Source of the DNA: Raillietiella orientalis
Taxonomy: Eukaryota
Length of the DNA: 64,000 nt
Direction: 5' to 3'
Assembly (NCBI GenBank): GCA_036172245.1
Contig: JAYWIR010000042.1
Coordinates: forward strand, 62,001 to 126,000
How positions within the stretch are numbered: position 1 is the first letter of the stretch; the number at the start of each line of letters is the position of its first letter. Shown here one piece after another: positions 11,501-25,814 of the stretch. The notes under the pieces were generated by a model, which saw nothing but the letters and a program-made list of their open reading frames with translations, ran no database searches and was not told the DNA's origin. The translations under genes were made by a program, and so were the position numbers.

Positions 11501-14500
11501 TTCCTCTTAGTGGGGGCAGGAAGGAGACTCTTCGCATCCCTGGACCGGAACAAAGAGACGGGGGAGACGACCTGCGGCACAGGCACTGCCTGCATGACCG
11601 GTGAAGAGTTGGTAGTGATGGCGCCAATTGGCGAGAAGAGGAGGACTCTGATCCATGGGAAGGGAGAGAGAGAGCAGGGCTCCCTTGAGATGGGGAAGCG
11701 ATGAGGGAGCATGGAAGGAGGATTTTTTTTTTTACCGGGAGCACTATGAAGCGAGAACCCGGGGTTGGAAGCCACCGAGTGGCTCTTAGGGAACACCAGC
11801 GCGTCGGGCGCTGGAGGGCAGAAGCGGGGAAGGGGGAACTCTTACAGGCGACTGAGAGCTGCACCCGCTTGCTGACCGCTGGGGGCACGTCGTTGGAGGC
11901 GATGCACAGGTACGCTCCCATATCCCTTCGTGAGACGTCGGCGAAGACGAGAGAGGCACCTGAACAGAGAGGAGGGAGTCCACGTTAGTGAGCGGACGAG
12001 ACAAAATGATGGCTCCCTCAGGCCACTTCTCCCCCGCCCAGGGGTCCTTTGTCGCTGGCGAAGAACCATCGGATATGCCTGCGTGCACTGGCACCTGCCT
12101 CTCTGGTGGCTCCTCTAGAGGAGGGCGGGTAGCTGCTTCTCGGTGGCGGGCAGTGGCACAGGCTACCTTTCTCGTCCTCGCGTTCCCTTCGGAGGTAAAG
12201 ACGGGAGCATAGAAGAGACGAGGAAGAGGCGCTCGTCCGTCTCGCTGACGCCTCAAGCGCGCATTTTCGATAGACTGGCTTTGGATGACCTACAGGACTC
12301 TTCGCTGCCGCGGTGGAGCCCCACCTCCCTCCCTGAAAGAGTAGTAGTAGGAGGAGCAGGGACAGCCACGCCTCCACCATGGTTATCTCCTCCTTCTATT
12401 CCTTCGTGCAGGAGTCACTCTTCAGGTGCAAAAGGAATCAGTAAAACTCTGTTGCTCGGTCCTCATCCGTCCCCCTCTCCCTGCCCGGGTGCAGGACGCG
12501 TGCCAGCGCGAGCGGTTCGACATCCGATTTGCGCCTCCTCCGAGGTAGGGCCACCACTTTTCTCTTCCCGCAAACTCCCGTTTTTTCTTCTTTCCATGTC
12601 TTTCAGTCCTCCTCCCTCGTCGTGACGTGAGCCCTTCCCCCCCCCCATACACACTGGAAAACCAGGAGAATTCCGTCAGGAGATTCCATCTTGATGAGTT
12701 AGCCCTCTTTTCGCCTCTTCCGGAGCTCACCCGCTGCATCCATTTCCAAGGAGCCTTTCGCTGCTAGCCGGCCGCAAGAGGTGCTGCGATGATACCAGCT
12801 GATCCCATTTGACCTCTTTCGGACGTAAAGTGCACTCCGGCTTCCTTCTTCGTGGCAATAAGGCGTGAAGAAGGAGGGAGAGAGAAGAGCTGGCTCCCCT
12901 TGTGACTTCTCTCCTGTAAGACTAGTAGCTCCGCCCTCCTGCCATGCGCTGGCCCGGATCTCTCCGCTCCAGGCGCTTCCCGTACGGATGGGCAGACGGT
13001 CCTGATGCCTGCGTGCAAGCACATGATCATCTTATCTGGAGTGAACTCTCCAGAAAAGCACCCACATGTTTACATTCTTTTAGAAGAAATCAAGAGGAGG
13101 GTGGTGGCTTCTGGGATTTTTCAGAGACTGCCGGCAGAGGTTCTCCGTGAACTCACGAGGCAGTCGCTCGTGGGGGCGCGCAGCCCCAAGGGATCTGAGT
13201 GGCGCCGGGGCTGACCATCAGGAGACTTCGTCTCAGGGACAGCTGGACCCCCTCGTGCATGGCGGACGACGCTCCCTCTGAATCAGTGGAAAGCACACTC
13301 CTTGACGTCATCCATTCTCCTCCTCCCTTCGTCACGATGAGCTGATCAGGACCCCCAGAAATTCCCGGCCTCTTTCAGGATGGTGGCGGCTGGGAAGGGA
13401 AGGAGAAGAACACTGCGAACTTTCGGAAGGAAACGGGACGTGACCACCCTGAGCACTTCTTCCTGTGCCAGTCCTTGGAGGTGTGATCCGGAGAAAATGG
13501 CAACATCCCTGCCCGGCTGCAGCGGGGAAGGGAACTCCAAGGGCGGGTGTTTACTAGAAGTCTTGGAAGTCTTTAGTGTACATAGCGAATGGTTGGCGTT
13601 AGGTCTACGCCGACATGCTGTGGAGGGATTCCCAGTTCACCAGCATGCTCCCCTTCCCCAGGTGAACCCTCCATTCGGAGCGCATCGAGAAGCGATTTCT
13701 AAGTCAACTTGGATGTCATCCTTTGTGGATGGTGAACGGTAGCGTATTCGCCACCTCAGGAAGTCGTCCAGGGGGGCACCCTCACGAACCTAAGGTAAAT
13801 GCTGCAGCTGACAATCTTCAGGAAGCAGAAGAAGGGAAGGGGAGACCATGCAGTGGTGCTTGTTGCATCCTCAAAGAAGGAGAAAGGTGGCAAAGGATAG
13901 GGATGCGTTGGTCGTGCGCTTCTCCAAGTGGGACAAGAAAGATCCTGAAGCTCGGAGGTGGTGTACTCGCGGGGTCAGATGCGAAGGACGAAAGATTCAC
14001 TCCCTTGAGAGCCACCAGAAGAATTAAAAGATGGGATACCTACCCTTGAACCGGAGGGTTTCCTTCCCGTTCAAGAGAATGGGTCGGAGGTCTTCCCTGG
14101 ACCATTCGATCTCGGGCGAAGGATATCCTCTCGCCTCACAGACCAGAGTCACGTTATCGTGCTCTTTGACGATCAGGTCGTGACTGCTGCCGTTGTTCAC
14201 GATGTCTGGCGGAACTGCAAGGAGACGAAGGATAGAGTAAAAACGGACTTTTCCCATGTGACAAGAAGATCTCCTTCGGCGGAAAGAAGGAACAGGCAAA
14301 GAGTGAAACCATCGAATGCTCTGGCTCTCTTTGTCCACGCTAGCGCACTCTATCGGGGTCGGAAGAAGCATCCCTTATGCCGACTCCGAAGGATTTCTTC
14401 AAGATTTTTCATTCCCGAAGAGAAGACGATTGAATAGTCTGAACAGTGGTGTGGTTTTTCTCAATTTGTAGTTGATTAAAAGTATGTCTAATGAATTCAC

Positions 14501-17500
14501 CCCACCGCTTGTCGGACCTGGGGAAGGTCAAGCTTTGAAAGACCGAAGGGTCCCTTTTCTTCCTTCCTTCATTCTCCCATCTCCTGTGGAAAGATAGGAA
14601 TCACTCCACCTTCTTGAAGAAGCATTCAAAATCGGAATCGGAGTTCAGAAGAATACAGACAGCGGACGGTTATCGAGTGAGACTGCCTGTAGAAGAAGGA
14701 GAAGCAGAAAGTCTCTATGCACAGAAGGAGACAGTGCCTGGGCTTCTCTTACCGGAAGAAGGTTTGTATTCGTGAGAGCATTGTAACAGAGTGGGTGGAA
14801 TAGGTGAAATGAGTCGGAAGAAAGACGCAGCATCCATAACAGGAAGCAGACTCGTTCTGCACAGTTCATGTGCATCAGGGACAAGAAGGATTAGAAGGGA
14901 ACAGGTTCCAAATGTGCATTATGTCCCCTCTCAAGTGCTTGCACAACAGTCCCTATCGAAAGAGGATGAGGCGGAGAGCGAAATTCCCTGATCGTGTTCT
15001 GTTTTATCGGTCTGCCTACTTTCGTCTTTTTGTTTATTCTTCCATGGAACGCATCCTCACCACAAAGAACAGCTTAAAAAGCACTTTCTATGCAGCAGCT
15101 AACCTCATGAGAACGAATGATCTTGGAGCTAAACGATGAAGTCTCTTACAAAAGTCACCTGTATCAAATCATTCGGCACAGATGATGACTGATAACTCCC
15201 CAAATGGCTTTCTCTCATCAGTCCAAGGAGCTGACCCGTTGAAACTTCAGGAGGAATGATACGAAGACCAGAAGGCCCTCCGCCACTGGTGATTTCCAGG
15301 AAGAGCGATTGTTGCTATTCTGCTTAAAATCTCTAGGAGCATAACAAGTTTTCAGTAGTTCTGAATTTCTTTTGACTTGAGATTCAAAATAAAATTTGGA
15401 AATCTGATGGTTCCACAGATCTTAAAATGCTCTTCGCCTAAGTGTCCCTTTACGGTCCATACATGACCATTCACCTCAAAACTGTCACCAAAACGAAATG
15501 CAGCCATACGGGTTCCTGAGATTCCCTAAGGGCTATGCATTTCCTGCCTCTTCGCATTTGCTTCTTGCCCTTAGTTCTCCTTTCCCACCTCCTCTAATAG
15601 TGACGCACAGCGTCATGCTCTCGAGTTCCAAGTGTGGACGAAGAGTTAACTATCCCAAACGGTCTCAGAACCGAATCAGTTTTACCTTCCTCGTACGAAA
15701 TTATGGAAGATTTGATCCTTGCACTCAAAAGACGATAGCGATAACGTGACTGGATTCATTTGGGTGTGTTCGATCGAAGGGGAAGACTCAGACAAAAGTA
15801 GAACGGTGTGGGAAGCAGATGTTTGGGTTCAAGGGCGCACCGAACGGCTTTGGACTGCTGGATCCAACATTCTTCCTCACGGAGGAATGCTCTTCCTCAT
15901 ATACCGAGTCTACTTCTTCTTCTCTTCGAGCCTACTTCTTCCGTGAGCACGTATTTGGCGACAGCTCAGAATGGCAACGAACGGTAATGGACTTCTGTGC
16001 CAAGGCTGTCCTAGAGATGTAACTTCAGAGGCACGACTAACATCCTGAAACTTGTGTTCAGGAGACCATGCTGAGATGCACTCCTATATTTTTTCACTGC
16101 CTTCCATTTTGAACAGGAAGAACCCAGGAGTTTCCCAGCAGCACTTGTTCTCTGAAGCATAAAAATTCTATTAGCAGATTTAACATCCTGAAGATAATCG
16201 GAATGGCCTCGCAACGGCAGACATTGCTGCAAGTACCATCATGAACAGAAGTATGATGCGAGATGCATCCAAATCTTGTTGTTCTGCAGCCCAGATAAAT
16301 CTCCATAAATTGGCGTTTGGACTCGGCTGAGTTCTCTGCCACTCTAGAAATAAATTCATACATGCTGAGATCCAATGACTGTCGAACAAGCCTGGATGCA
16401 GAGTTGTAAAAGAGAAGTACCAAGGAATTTATCTTTAGAGTGGCAGAGAACGCAGATAATTCCAAAATTCATGAATATTTATCTTGTCGTCTAAAATCCT
16501 TAGGAACCACGATTTGAAGGACAACATTCCTCTCACGGTGGTGACGAAATTCCAATCCTTTTCTAGTAGGAGTCAGAAATGCAAGTAGCTGTCACTGTGG
16601 TTAGGTAGTGGTGCCTTCGGAACTGGCAACCACCTAACACTGGCACACCCCTGGCAGGGCTGTGCCAGTGTTAGGTGAAAATGGTAAAATCCATGGTAAA
16701 CACCCATGAGCAGCAAGGCATATCCTCGCCTTGAGAATGGGCATCGCAGAATCCGTCTGAGAAAAGGCGGAATCCGAGGGTAGCTTAACACCCGAATGCA
16801 TGGGGAACGTTTCAGCATCTCTGCATCAAGAACGCGTTTCCAAGCCTCCCTCTGTGCTCCTCACAAAGTTCTGATAGCTCAAGGATTCCAACGGAAGTGC
16901 CAAATACCTGAACTTTTTCAGGAAAAAAATGGTTCAGTTAGCGTCTGCATCCCCTCATCCTGTTTGCATCACAGACCATAGATGCATCAATTTATCTAAA
17001 CATTCGAAAGCAGATGTGCATCTTCCAGCTTAGTGGATTGCTGGCATGCATGATGCAAACATCGGTTCTGCCACGTTAATCAGCTTAAAGATCAATCATG
17101 CTCAGTTTCATAAGAAAGAATCCACAAACACTCCATCTTTCAGGAACAGAGATTTCGAACTGCATTGGAAGTTGAAGCTCGAATCCCTCAACAGCTGATG
17201 CTGGTGCAAGATGGCTCTTTCCGTTATTTGAAGGGAAAGAGCGGGTGAAACTTAACCAAACAATTCTCAGTTTCGACTTCACGATCCCAAGGGAGAGGAT
17301 TCGGGAACGTTTTTCTGGACTCGAGGGGAAACTGAAAGGTTATCGGATCCCGCAAAGGGAGCGACCGACATGAAGCAGCAGCGATATCGGGCAAACCTGT
17401 CTTCTCTGCATAAGCCGAAGCGCTCCCCTCAAGCCGGAGTGCGAAAAGACAAAGGTTCCGACCCAGCTCCCCTGACACCAGCAGCGCGGAGGGCCAAAGG

Positions 17501-20500
17501 TCGAAACTTTTCCGTCGAGGAAACCGTTCTTGCAGCACGCATGCGCTCAACACTCCTCACATTCAAGGGCTGCGCTAGAAATCCACTTTTCTTTGAGCAG
17601 AATCCTGCTGTGCGAGGGTCCATCCCTTCCTCCCAGCGAATGAGGAAGAAGCAAGCTGTATCCTTACTCAAAATTGATTTTTTTTTTTTCTTTCCATTTT
17701 TCGTTTCTTTGAGGATCATTCAGGTGAGAAGGCTTTCCCGAAATAATGTGATCATGATGATTCCGTTCCGAGCGATTCCAGAGGGCGCAGGCGTTTTGCC
17801 GTGAACCCGGATCTTTGCTGAGAGCATCCTCGGATCTGGACCGACTCTGGACTTTTGCGGGGACGCATCCTTGCAAAGCTCATCCCCATTTCGGGCCATC
17901 GGTTGCTTGGATCATGCTTCTGTTTCTTGGCGTCCAAAAATTCTTAAGAAACTTCCCCCCCGTCGCGGATGCAGCAAAAAGTAGACTTACAAAATTTGAC
18001 AGCGAAGAGAGATCTTTAGCCGCTTGCTAACGCTTCCTTGGCATTCTAAAAGGGTGCTCCGGAAGTTCATATCTCAGTAAATTCTGGATAATGAACCCAG
18101 TTGCTGGCATGTTTATATTGAGCACTGATAAATGGAATTTCCCAGTAATAATTAGGTCCCTGATTTATGGACTATGGATGGGAAAACCATGGATGGAATT
18201 ACCTGCTCCGGTTAAGCATGCCAGTCCGAAATTCCATTTGCTTGTCCAGTAGTCGATTAGTTTTCTTCGTGAGAGCTGAATTTTCTCTACCATTCCTTTT
18301 TTTCTATTTTGTTCTCTCTAATCCGATTGCACTCCTCTTCTTAATCTTTTCAAATCCTTCTTCCTGCGCTTGTTGACATTGCCTTGAGAGTCAAGTCGGT
18401 GCTCGTGATCTCCAGCCTTCCTCCAGTTCCTCTGGTCACACTCAGATACTCTGCGTACGTCCCAGATCCTCTAAGCGTGAGTTGTTCCAGGGAGTGAGTA
18501 CTGGCTACCCATGCTAACCTCACCTGCACTGCAGATGATTCACTGCCCCCGTCTCCTGATCGAAAGGTACAGAAGCTTCTCTGCAGCCCAACGACTGCCG
18601 GAGCTTATGTGAAGGCAAAGCCTCAGGAATTTTCTCGATTTGAACGTTTCCATGCACGTGTAAGAAGTCACCTCGCACGAATTCCAACATGAACTGGCCC
18701 AGATTGCATACGTGAAACCGCAGTCTACGAAGCACAATTGGTACCTTGCAGTCATATGCTGCACAGACTTCAGTGATACGTTTCACGTTAGATCCTCCGT
18801 TTGTAAGGGCACTCTTCGCGGCGCCTGGAGAAGCTGTCTTCATGCAGTCTCTTAGGGATGGTGGCGAAGCAGTGCAATCTCAACACCGACCTGGATTGAG
18901 CTGGCGCTAACTCACGGTTTCCCAGAAACAAGGCGGTGCGGTCACTTGGATTGAAAGCCACGCTCGCTGCACAAGGCAACGGGGTCGAAAGAGTTCCTAA
19001 GGACTGGAGGGGAATCCTGGTTTGCAGGCGTACCCGCGCTGGAAAGCAGCGAGACGCCAGCAATCGTCCTCGATCGAAGGCGCATGCCAAACACGAGGTC
19101 ATTCTACCCGCTGAGCGCAAAGCGCCTTTACGAAAACAGGAAATGGGGAATCACGGAATCTCCCTTTGCAAATAAAGCGAATCGTTGGAACCCCATTGCA
19201 CGCAGCCCTTAAACTACTCGCACTCCTGCGACGTTCTAAGCTGCAACTTCTTCGCTCATTCAGAGTGCAACCATTCAGCGAATCCAACGATGACAAATTT
19301 TCTTGCAACTTCTCTGTCTCGACTTTTTTTTTTTGTTTTTTTCATTCTCCTCCGTGCGCTCGCAGAACTGCGAGCACGTAGACGCTCTGAGCAAATGGGG
19401 GAGTGTGAAATACGAGTTTATTCCTTGCCCCTATCCTGCCGGCTCAATATTTAGGATGAATGACGCCGCGCTCCAGATCTGTTCCTCCTTTTTTTTTCCT
19501 CTCCGAGCTGGGCCGTTCCCACATCGTTTTCGATTCGCTTATTTCATGTTTCCATCATCTGCTGGCCGGCTACTGTGCTTCCTTTGACGATTTCTATGGC
19601 AGCAGCCGGAGAACTGACGACTCCCAGCTGCAGCTTTGAAAAGGATAGGTGAGAAAGAATAAACTCAGGGAAGCTGGGAGGCAAGCGAAAACAAGAAATC
19701 ACGTCTAAGCTGACGGGCGAGCAGGCACTGCCGGCAAGCACAAGAAAAATTCCAATTCTTCATAGCAGTCCTCATGGTAATGGTCACTTAGTGAGATGTC
19801 GATAGTTTTCGGTGTAGCTGGAAAGGTCATGCAACCTCAGGAACCGGTCCTTGGACCATGGTTTCTAGCTAAGCTGTGGCAGGTCTTTTTTGGAGGCACT
19901 GTCAGTTACCAGGTGTTCTTACAAAGTTCCGATGCTCCACAGGAATCAGAGAAGAAAATCAGATTATCTTCCATTCGATTTGCGTCTCCGTTTTTTTTTT
20001 TCTTTTGGTTTTCTCTTAGTTTGGCGCGCAAGTCCGGAAACAAGATCACTGATGTACATTGGGGAGAGATGTGTGAAAGTGCACTCTACTCCTTTTTATA
20101 GCTTCTGGAAAATCACAATATGCCTCATCCTCTGAGGAACTGCCGAGTGTGACACATGGTAAGAGTTTTACCCAGATCCAAAGGCATCTGTAAACACCTT
20201 AGCTAGCGGCAGAAGGTGTGAATGAGGCCTTTAGGAATGAACTCGACCTACAACTTGCTGTAGTGCCAAACAAAACAGTGGTGCAAGAAGATGAGTTTCA
20301 AGGTGGTTTCGAACTTTGCCATTCCTCTGCCTTTCTTTTCTTATGAACAGAAAAGTTCGTCACTCCACTAGTAGACCATTATGATCCGAATAGTCATCGA
20401 CGGATGTTGCGATTACCCTTTCGAATGGCATGATTCGTAAAAGTCTCATTTCTGTCTTCGCTTAGTAAATAAAGTTCTTGCTCAATGCGCACGATATTCA

Positions 20501-23500
20501 GACGACTCCCCAAAACACAAAAATGAAATTTCCAACTTTGGCAGTAAGTTCATTCTCAAACTGCTGGATGGATTCAATCCTGGCATCCCAAGAAGCATCG
20601 AGGAATACATGCGTCATATCTCTAGCTGATTTAATCCTGCTCCTAGTTTATATTTTGGTGCTAGTCCCCTTGCTTTATGGCTCGAGAAATCATCTCGCGA
20701 AAGATAACATTTAAGTCTTCGGGATGAAAGCCCTATGTCAAGCTTGCGAACTTTATCGTTCGCCAAGAAAATGCTCATCATTAGGACTGTGACACCAGAT
20801 GTATCTCTCAAAGACTTCATTCAAGAACTGGATGGCACATAAGTCTCCTATCCTGACGAGTCAGCTACCGTGAGCTCGCCTGATCTACCAGAAACTTGGC
20901 ATTTTTCTACCATTCTGGATTCGTCTAACCGACCGAGCAGTGATTCGGCAGACTTCACAGACGGGTCACCTAGTGCATTTCGTCTTGTCCAGGATACTGT
21001 TTTTTATCAGTTATTATCCATCCGTGTGTATGTGTATATATTTTTTGCTCTCTCTGGTATCTGTTACCCTTTATTTACTATTCCTTAACGATGGAAGGCG
21101 GTTCTTTGCCAAGCGCCGTGGATTCCCACAGATTGAGCACTCACGAGCAGCAGGAACAGATTCAGGTTGAGCAAGTGTGATCCAACGAATCTTTCCAATG
21201 TTATCCCACACAGCGATACATACATCCGTCAAAGCGCAAGATACTCTCAACAGAAGACGAATACATGCCCATCTTCACCATTGAGAGCATAACGGTGTGA
21301 ATGGGGAAGTCCCAACTCGAACCATGAACTACACAAGCATCTTATCTTTCGAAACAAGAAGATCGAAAGGCCGCTTGAAAGACCGCACAGACAGATGTGC
21401 TCAGTTTCTGCTGCTCACGTACGCAACATGTGCTTGCTTTTAAGGCGAGGAAAGCGATCCCTGCGCGGATGGTTGCCAAGAGTCCAACATGGCCATTTCG
21501 TTGCCGAAGAGATAATTTAAGCGGAATGCTTTTCTAGGCGAAGAGCTTCGCGGAACTCGGAGTTCTACCTTCTGGAAACGACTGTGGACCACGGGTACGG
21601 CACAGCACAATTTGCAAGACAAAGGCAGAGGCGAAAAATCTGTGATTGATCTGATTGAAGTATTAATGGAAAGCCGAGCTCCAAGGACAGTCGGATCCGA
21701 CTGATGTCTCTGCTGCTTGTGTGTGAAGATTAGGGTGGAAACTGACGTCTGCGCGTTCTTTTGTTTGACATGCATCTGTAAAGAAACCGAGCCAAGTTCT
21801 GCAGCATCATTCCCAAGAGAGGCATAAACTCTCGTGCATCCTACTCCCATGCGCAACGCCACGTTTTTAGGCAGTTTCCAAGCTTTCAAGGACCGTTGCT
21901 CCTACTCCCCAAGTCTTTGAGCCTCTCCGGTTCAAATAATAAATCTGAGCAAAAGAATGGTTCGAAGACTTCTTCGCACGTTCATGCGCAGGCAGAGCAG
22001 GCGAGAGAACGGTCCGGTTCGTTTCCGTTGCCACTGGACAATGGACGTTGATATCACGGATTAATTATTGCTCCAGAAAGGACACAGGAATTCTTCCCGC
22101 TGCTTTCGAGAGATCCTTCCTCCGGCGGAGCACAAATGACTTGTAAATATTTTGCCGGATGGGAATACTGGGAGCAAGGTTCGATCCGTGTACGCAATTA
22201 TTTATTGCATCTCTGTTTTCGAAACAGAAAACACAAGCAAAGGGATGAATCTTGGAGTCCTCCTCTGGAATCGTGGACCCGGCGAAAATATGTATTTGTA
22301 CATGCACGAAGGACAGGAAAAAGAGAGAGAGGGAGACCAAAGAAAAAATGAGCTTTCCTCAATCAGGAAGAGAAACTACGAGCGGAGTCCCAAACATGAA
22401 CCGAACACTCATTTGGAGAAATACCCTGGAGTGGCCTTTGCACTTCCCATAAATCACCGAAAGTATTATCGTGCTAGGGATGCTGCAGTTCCTAGCCAAA
22501 GCAGACTGGATTGTGTCATAGGATACGTCGCCGCCGTCCTTCGAGATTTATCCGTGGATCTCCGTGCTCCAACCACAACTCGGCAAGCGTGGACTGCACG
22601 TAGGAGACTGCGTCTCCATCCCAGTGGTGGCGGGCAAAGAAAGGAACGCACCTGGGTCCACGATTCCCAGGCGGCTCTTTCAAAGCCTCGGGCAACAGCT
22701 TCGCAGACACCTTGCGAGGAGACGCGTCCGGGTGCAAGCGGTGCGCGTGATTGGAGCGCATCCGAGGATGCCCAGGCTCCTCTGCCGAGTTAGCAGCGCG
22801 CGGCCTGCTGCATCCGAGAGTGAAGCCCGAAGACGCAGGTTCGAGGAAAGGAGTCCCCTAATGGGACTGTTAAGGTGTGAAGGTCACGTTAAAGCTTTCT
22901 CCCACTCTCTGTCTTCTGTGTTGTTTTTTTTTTCTTTTTTTTTTTCTTCTTCTCTCTTTCCTTCATGGTAGCCATTGATCTTGCCACAGATTTCAAAAGG
23001 ATTGTTTCCTAGCTGCCTCACTGGCTTAGAAGGTTTTCTCCTGGATTCACGACAGCCGGCTGCCGGGCTAGGAGGAGAAAAACTTCGTAGCAAGTTCCGC
23101 TACGTCGTGGCTGGTTTTCCGGGCTTCTCGCTCCGAATTTCTTCCCAAACAGGGATTTGCTTCCCATGCTCGCAGACTCTGTCATGCCCTCTGCTCCTGT
23201 TGTTGCGTTACGCAAGGGCCTTTGGTGCACCGACGGGCAATCCCAGAGATGTGTTTAAGCACCTCTTTGTACGCGACGTCCGTTCGCCTGCCGCATCCCT
23301 AGCAGCAGCTTTTTGCCGTCTACGTGGGATTGCGGTGACCTGGAGCTACGCGAGAGGAGGACGGCGCGATAGGGACGCCATCTGCTTCGCCCTGCGCTTT
23401 CTGCGGACGGCAGCAAGATGGCACCATGCTCGGATGGAACTCGCCCGCATCCTGGAAAGGATGCAGAGGACGCCCTTCGACTTCCCTAACACCCCCAGTT

Positions 23501-25776
23501 TTTTGTATCTGTTTTGTGTATATGTTTGTTTAATTTTTCATTTTGTTTGCCCCTTTCCTCCCCGTCCGCTGCCGGGGAGAACCTCGCCGGTCCGCGTGCC
23601 GGTTACTCGGCGGACGTTGTAGGCCCCAAGGACCTACATCTGTATGTTTATTTTATAATAAACGCCCCGGCGCTACCGTGTGATAATGCCAAACAAGGAT
23701 GGAACAGAGGAAAAGGAAACAAAGAACGCAATCTTCGCTCTAACGCGTCATTTCGTGTGTAAGGCCAGACCACAGTAGGTCAACCCGAAATGTGGCAAGT
23801 TCACGTTCAAACACCCAGGGCTCCACCCCACGTATTCGCAGGTCAAACGAACGACATGCGCCGCACCCCAGTCGTTCCGACCAAAACCGAAAATCGTGGA
23901 GTGCGACCTTGCAGTCCCTGGCCCGCAACTGGTTGCCTGGAGGGCCTCGATTGGTTCGAGATAGTCAAGAATTTTTCGGATGCGTCAGCGCGCCGGATAC
24001 AACGAATGCAGCGACTGGAACGTTTTCTGGCAACCCTGCGTGGAGCAGTCGGGTTCGTCGCGAAAGAGCGGATCACAGATGCGGTTCCATCCCGACTTTC
24101 CAGAGCGCAGATGGGCTGCGGGAAACCGGACCTCCGTAACAGGTGGCGTTCCCTCCCGATCGGCAAACCGAACCGATTCCCGAAGCCCGGAAGAATTCCA
24201 TCTGCCAAACCGCCGGAAGATCGTATTCGTCTCCGGAAGACGAGGAAGCTGGAATTCCACCTGGATCCGTATTTGCTCATCTGTGCCCGTTTGCGGCATG
24301 CAAGAACTCCCTGCTAGGCATACCCGTATTGGATAGGAATCGCCACATCCTCTAGAAGAGAAAATGCCCTCGGGGGAGGGGGAAAGGGGGGGAAGAAGGC
24401 ACACGTTCTTCGGCGACCCTGTTTGCTTCATGGAACTTCTGTCTCTCCACGGGCCGGAACCGCGTCTCGATGGGCGTGGTGCGATTCGATGCCTTAGAAT
24501 TCCTCCGCGGTGCCCGCGGGCGACTCGCTCTTCTCTCGGGTTCCGAAAAAGCGGGCGCCTCCCGAGTCTCCTCGTCTCCTTGGGAATTCGCCTCCGAAAC
24601 TCTCTCGAAGGTCGCCGCCGGCTCGCGGGAAATGCAGATGAAATGCAAACGCACCGGCGAAAATCACGGGAGTCTCGTGCTAATCGGATTTGCACAGCGG
24701 CGCAGAGCCCGGCTGATTGAGCGAAATTGCTGGGTACACGCCGATCCCATGGTGACCAGACTGCTTGCTGCGTTTGGGTTCCTGCAGCTCGGCGGGACGG
24801 CCGCGCTCTTCCGGGCTGGGCGCGCGCGCGACTTCGCGTCACGCGTGGTCGTCGGTCACTCACTCGCACGCCGAGCACGGCGACGGCTCCTGCGGAGAAG
24901 GGAGAGCGCGCGCACTTGGTGGCGGCTGCGTGCGTAAATCTTCTTCCACGTGTCGATCCGAAAGGTCGCGTTTGGGATGCTCCGTGCCAGCTGCGCACGG
25001 CCGACAAACGTCTTCGAGGCCCGAGGCCCTTGCAGGAAGGAAAAGGAAGAAGGGAAACGCGGGTGGGAGCTGGAAAAACGAAATCCTCGGAATTTTCGCG
25101 GTTCCCCGAGGCTCCGGAAAATCGGTTCGCGAGCTCCGTGCCAGACAAACACGGGGGGAGGCGAAAATCCTTTTCCCGCAATGATTAACAGAAAAAAGAA
25201 GGAAGGAGAAAAGGCAAAACTGAAAAAGAAAAATAGAAAATGAGCACTTTGGGGGAAGGGGAAGGGGGGGGGGGGAAGCGCCCTAGGAGTGCCCTAGGAA
25301 GATTCTCCCGCGCGCGTTGCGATGCTGCCGCTCGTGAAAAGGGAGCTCCGTCCTCGAAAACGGGGGTTTCCCTTGACAACAGAAGTCGGTCACTTTGAAT
25401 GGAAAATATCCGTAGATTATAAGTAAACTCTTCCGGGAATGTTCATAGAACCGTTCCCCGTGTCCTCCGATCATATCCGGATTAATCTGAACGGCAACAA
25501 TGGGATTGCGTCTCCAAGGGAACCAAGGGGAGCAACCGATCACACAAAAAGTAGAAGGCGGTCCATTTCCAGCCGATTGCTTTCCTATTAGAAGCTAATT
25601 CATTTTAGAAAATGCGAATCAGGCCTTTCGACCTCCTTTTCTCCTGGATTCACGGCTGCTTACCACGAAGATGGAGATGCTGCACTCGGCAGATCGTAAT
25701 GCCGCTCATTTTCTTTCAGTAATCTCAATTATAAATTTGATTTAGTGATTAATTCAGCTGTTTAGTTAGCTAGAGC

Positions 25777-25814
<38 letters not shown>

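Noticed and set aside
11736..11810. Possible extra in-frame exon right after exon 5
   Set aside because: It would need a 35-nt intron and lacks Ig features; the true Ig3 exons were found at 10526 and 8382.
12300..13900. ORF1/zinc-knuckle-like remnant in intron 4
   Set aside because: Only a partial Cys pattern (MCLHAGIRTVCP); too degenerate to call.
15200..15228. CTGATGA-GA-GAAA hammerhead-like core on the minus strand
   Set aside because: No stem II or convincing flanking helices.
23985..25181. 398-aa ORF and overlapping ORFs
   Set aside because: Several frames are open because of high GC; no recognisable domain or splice structure.
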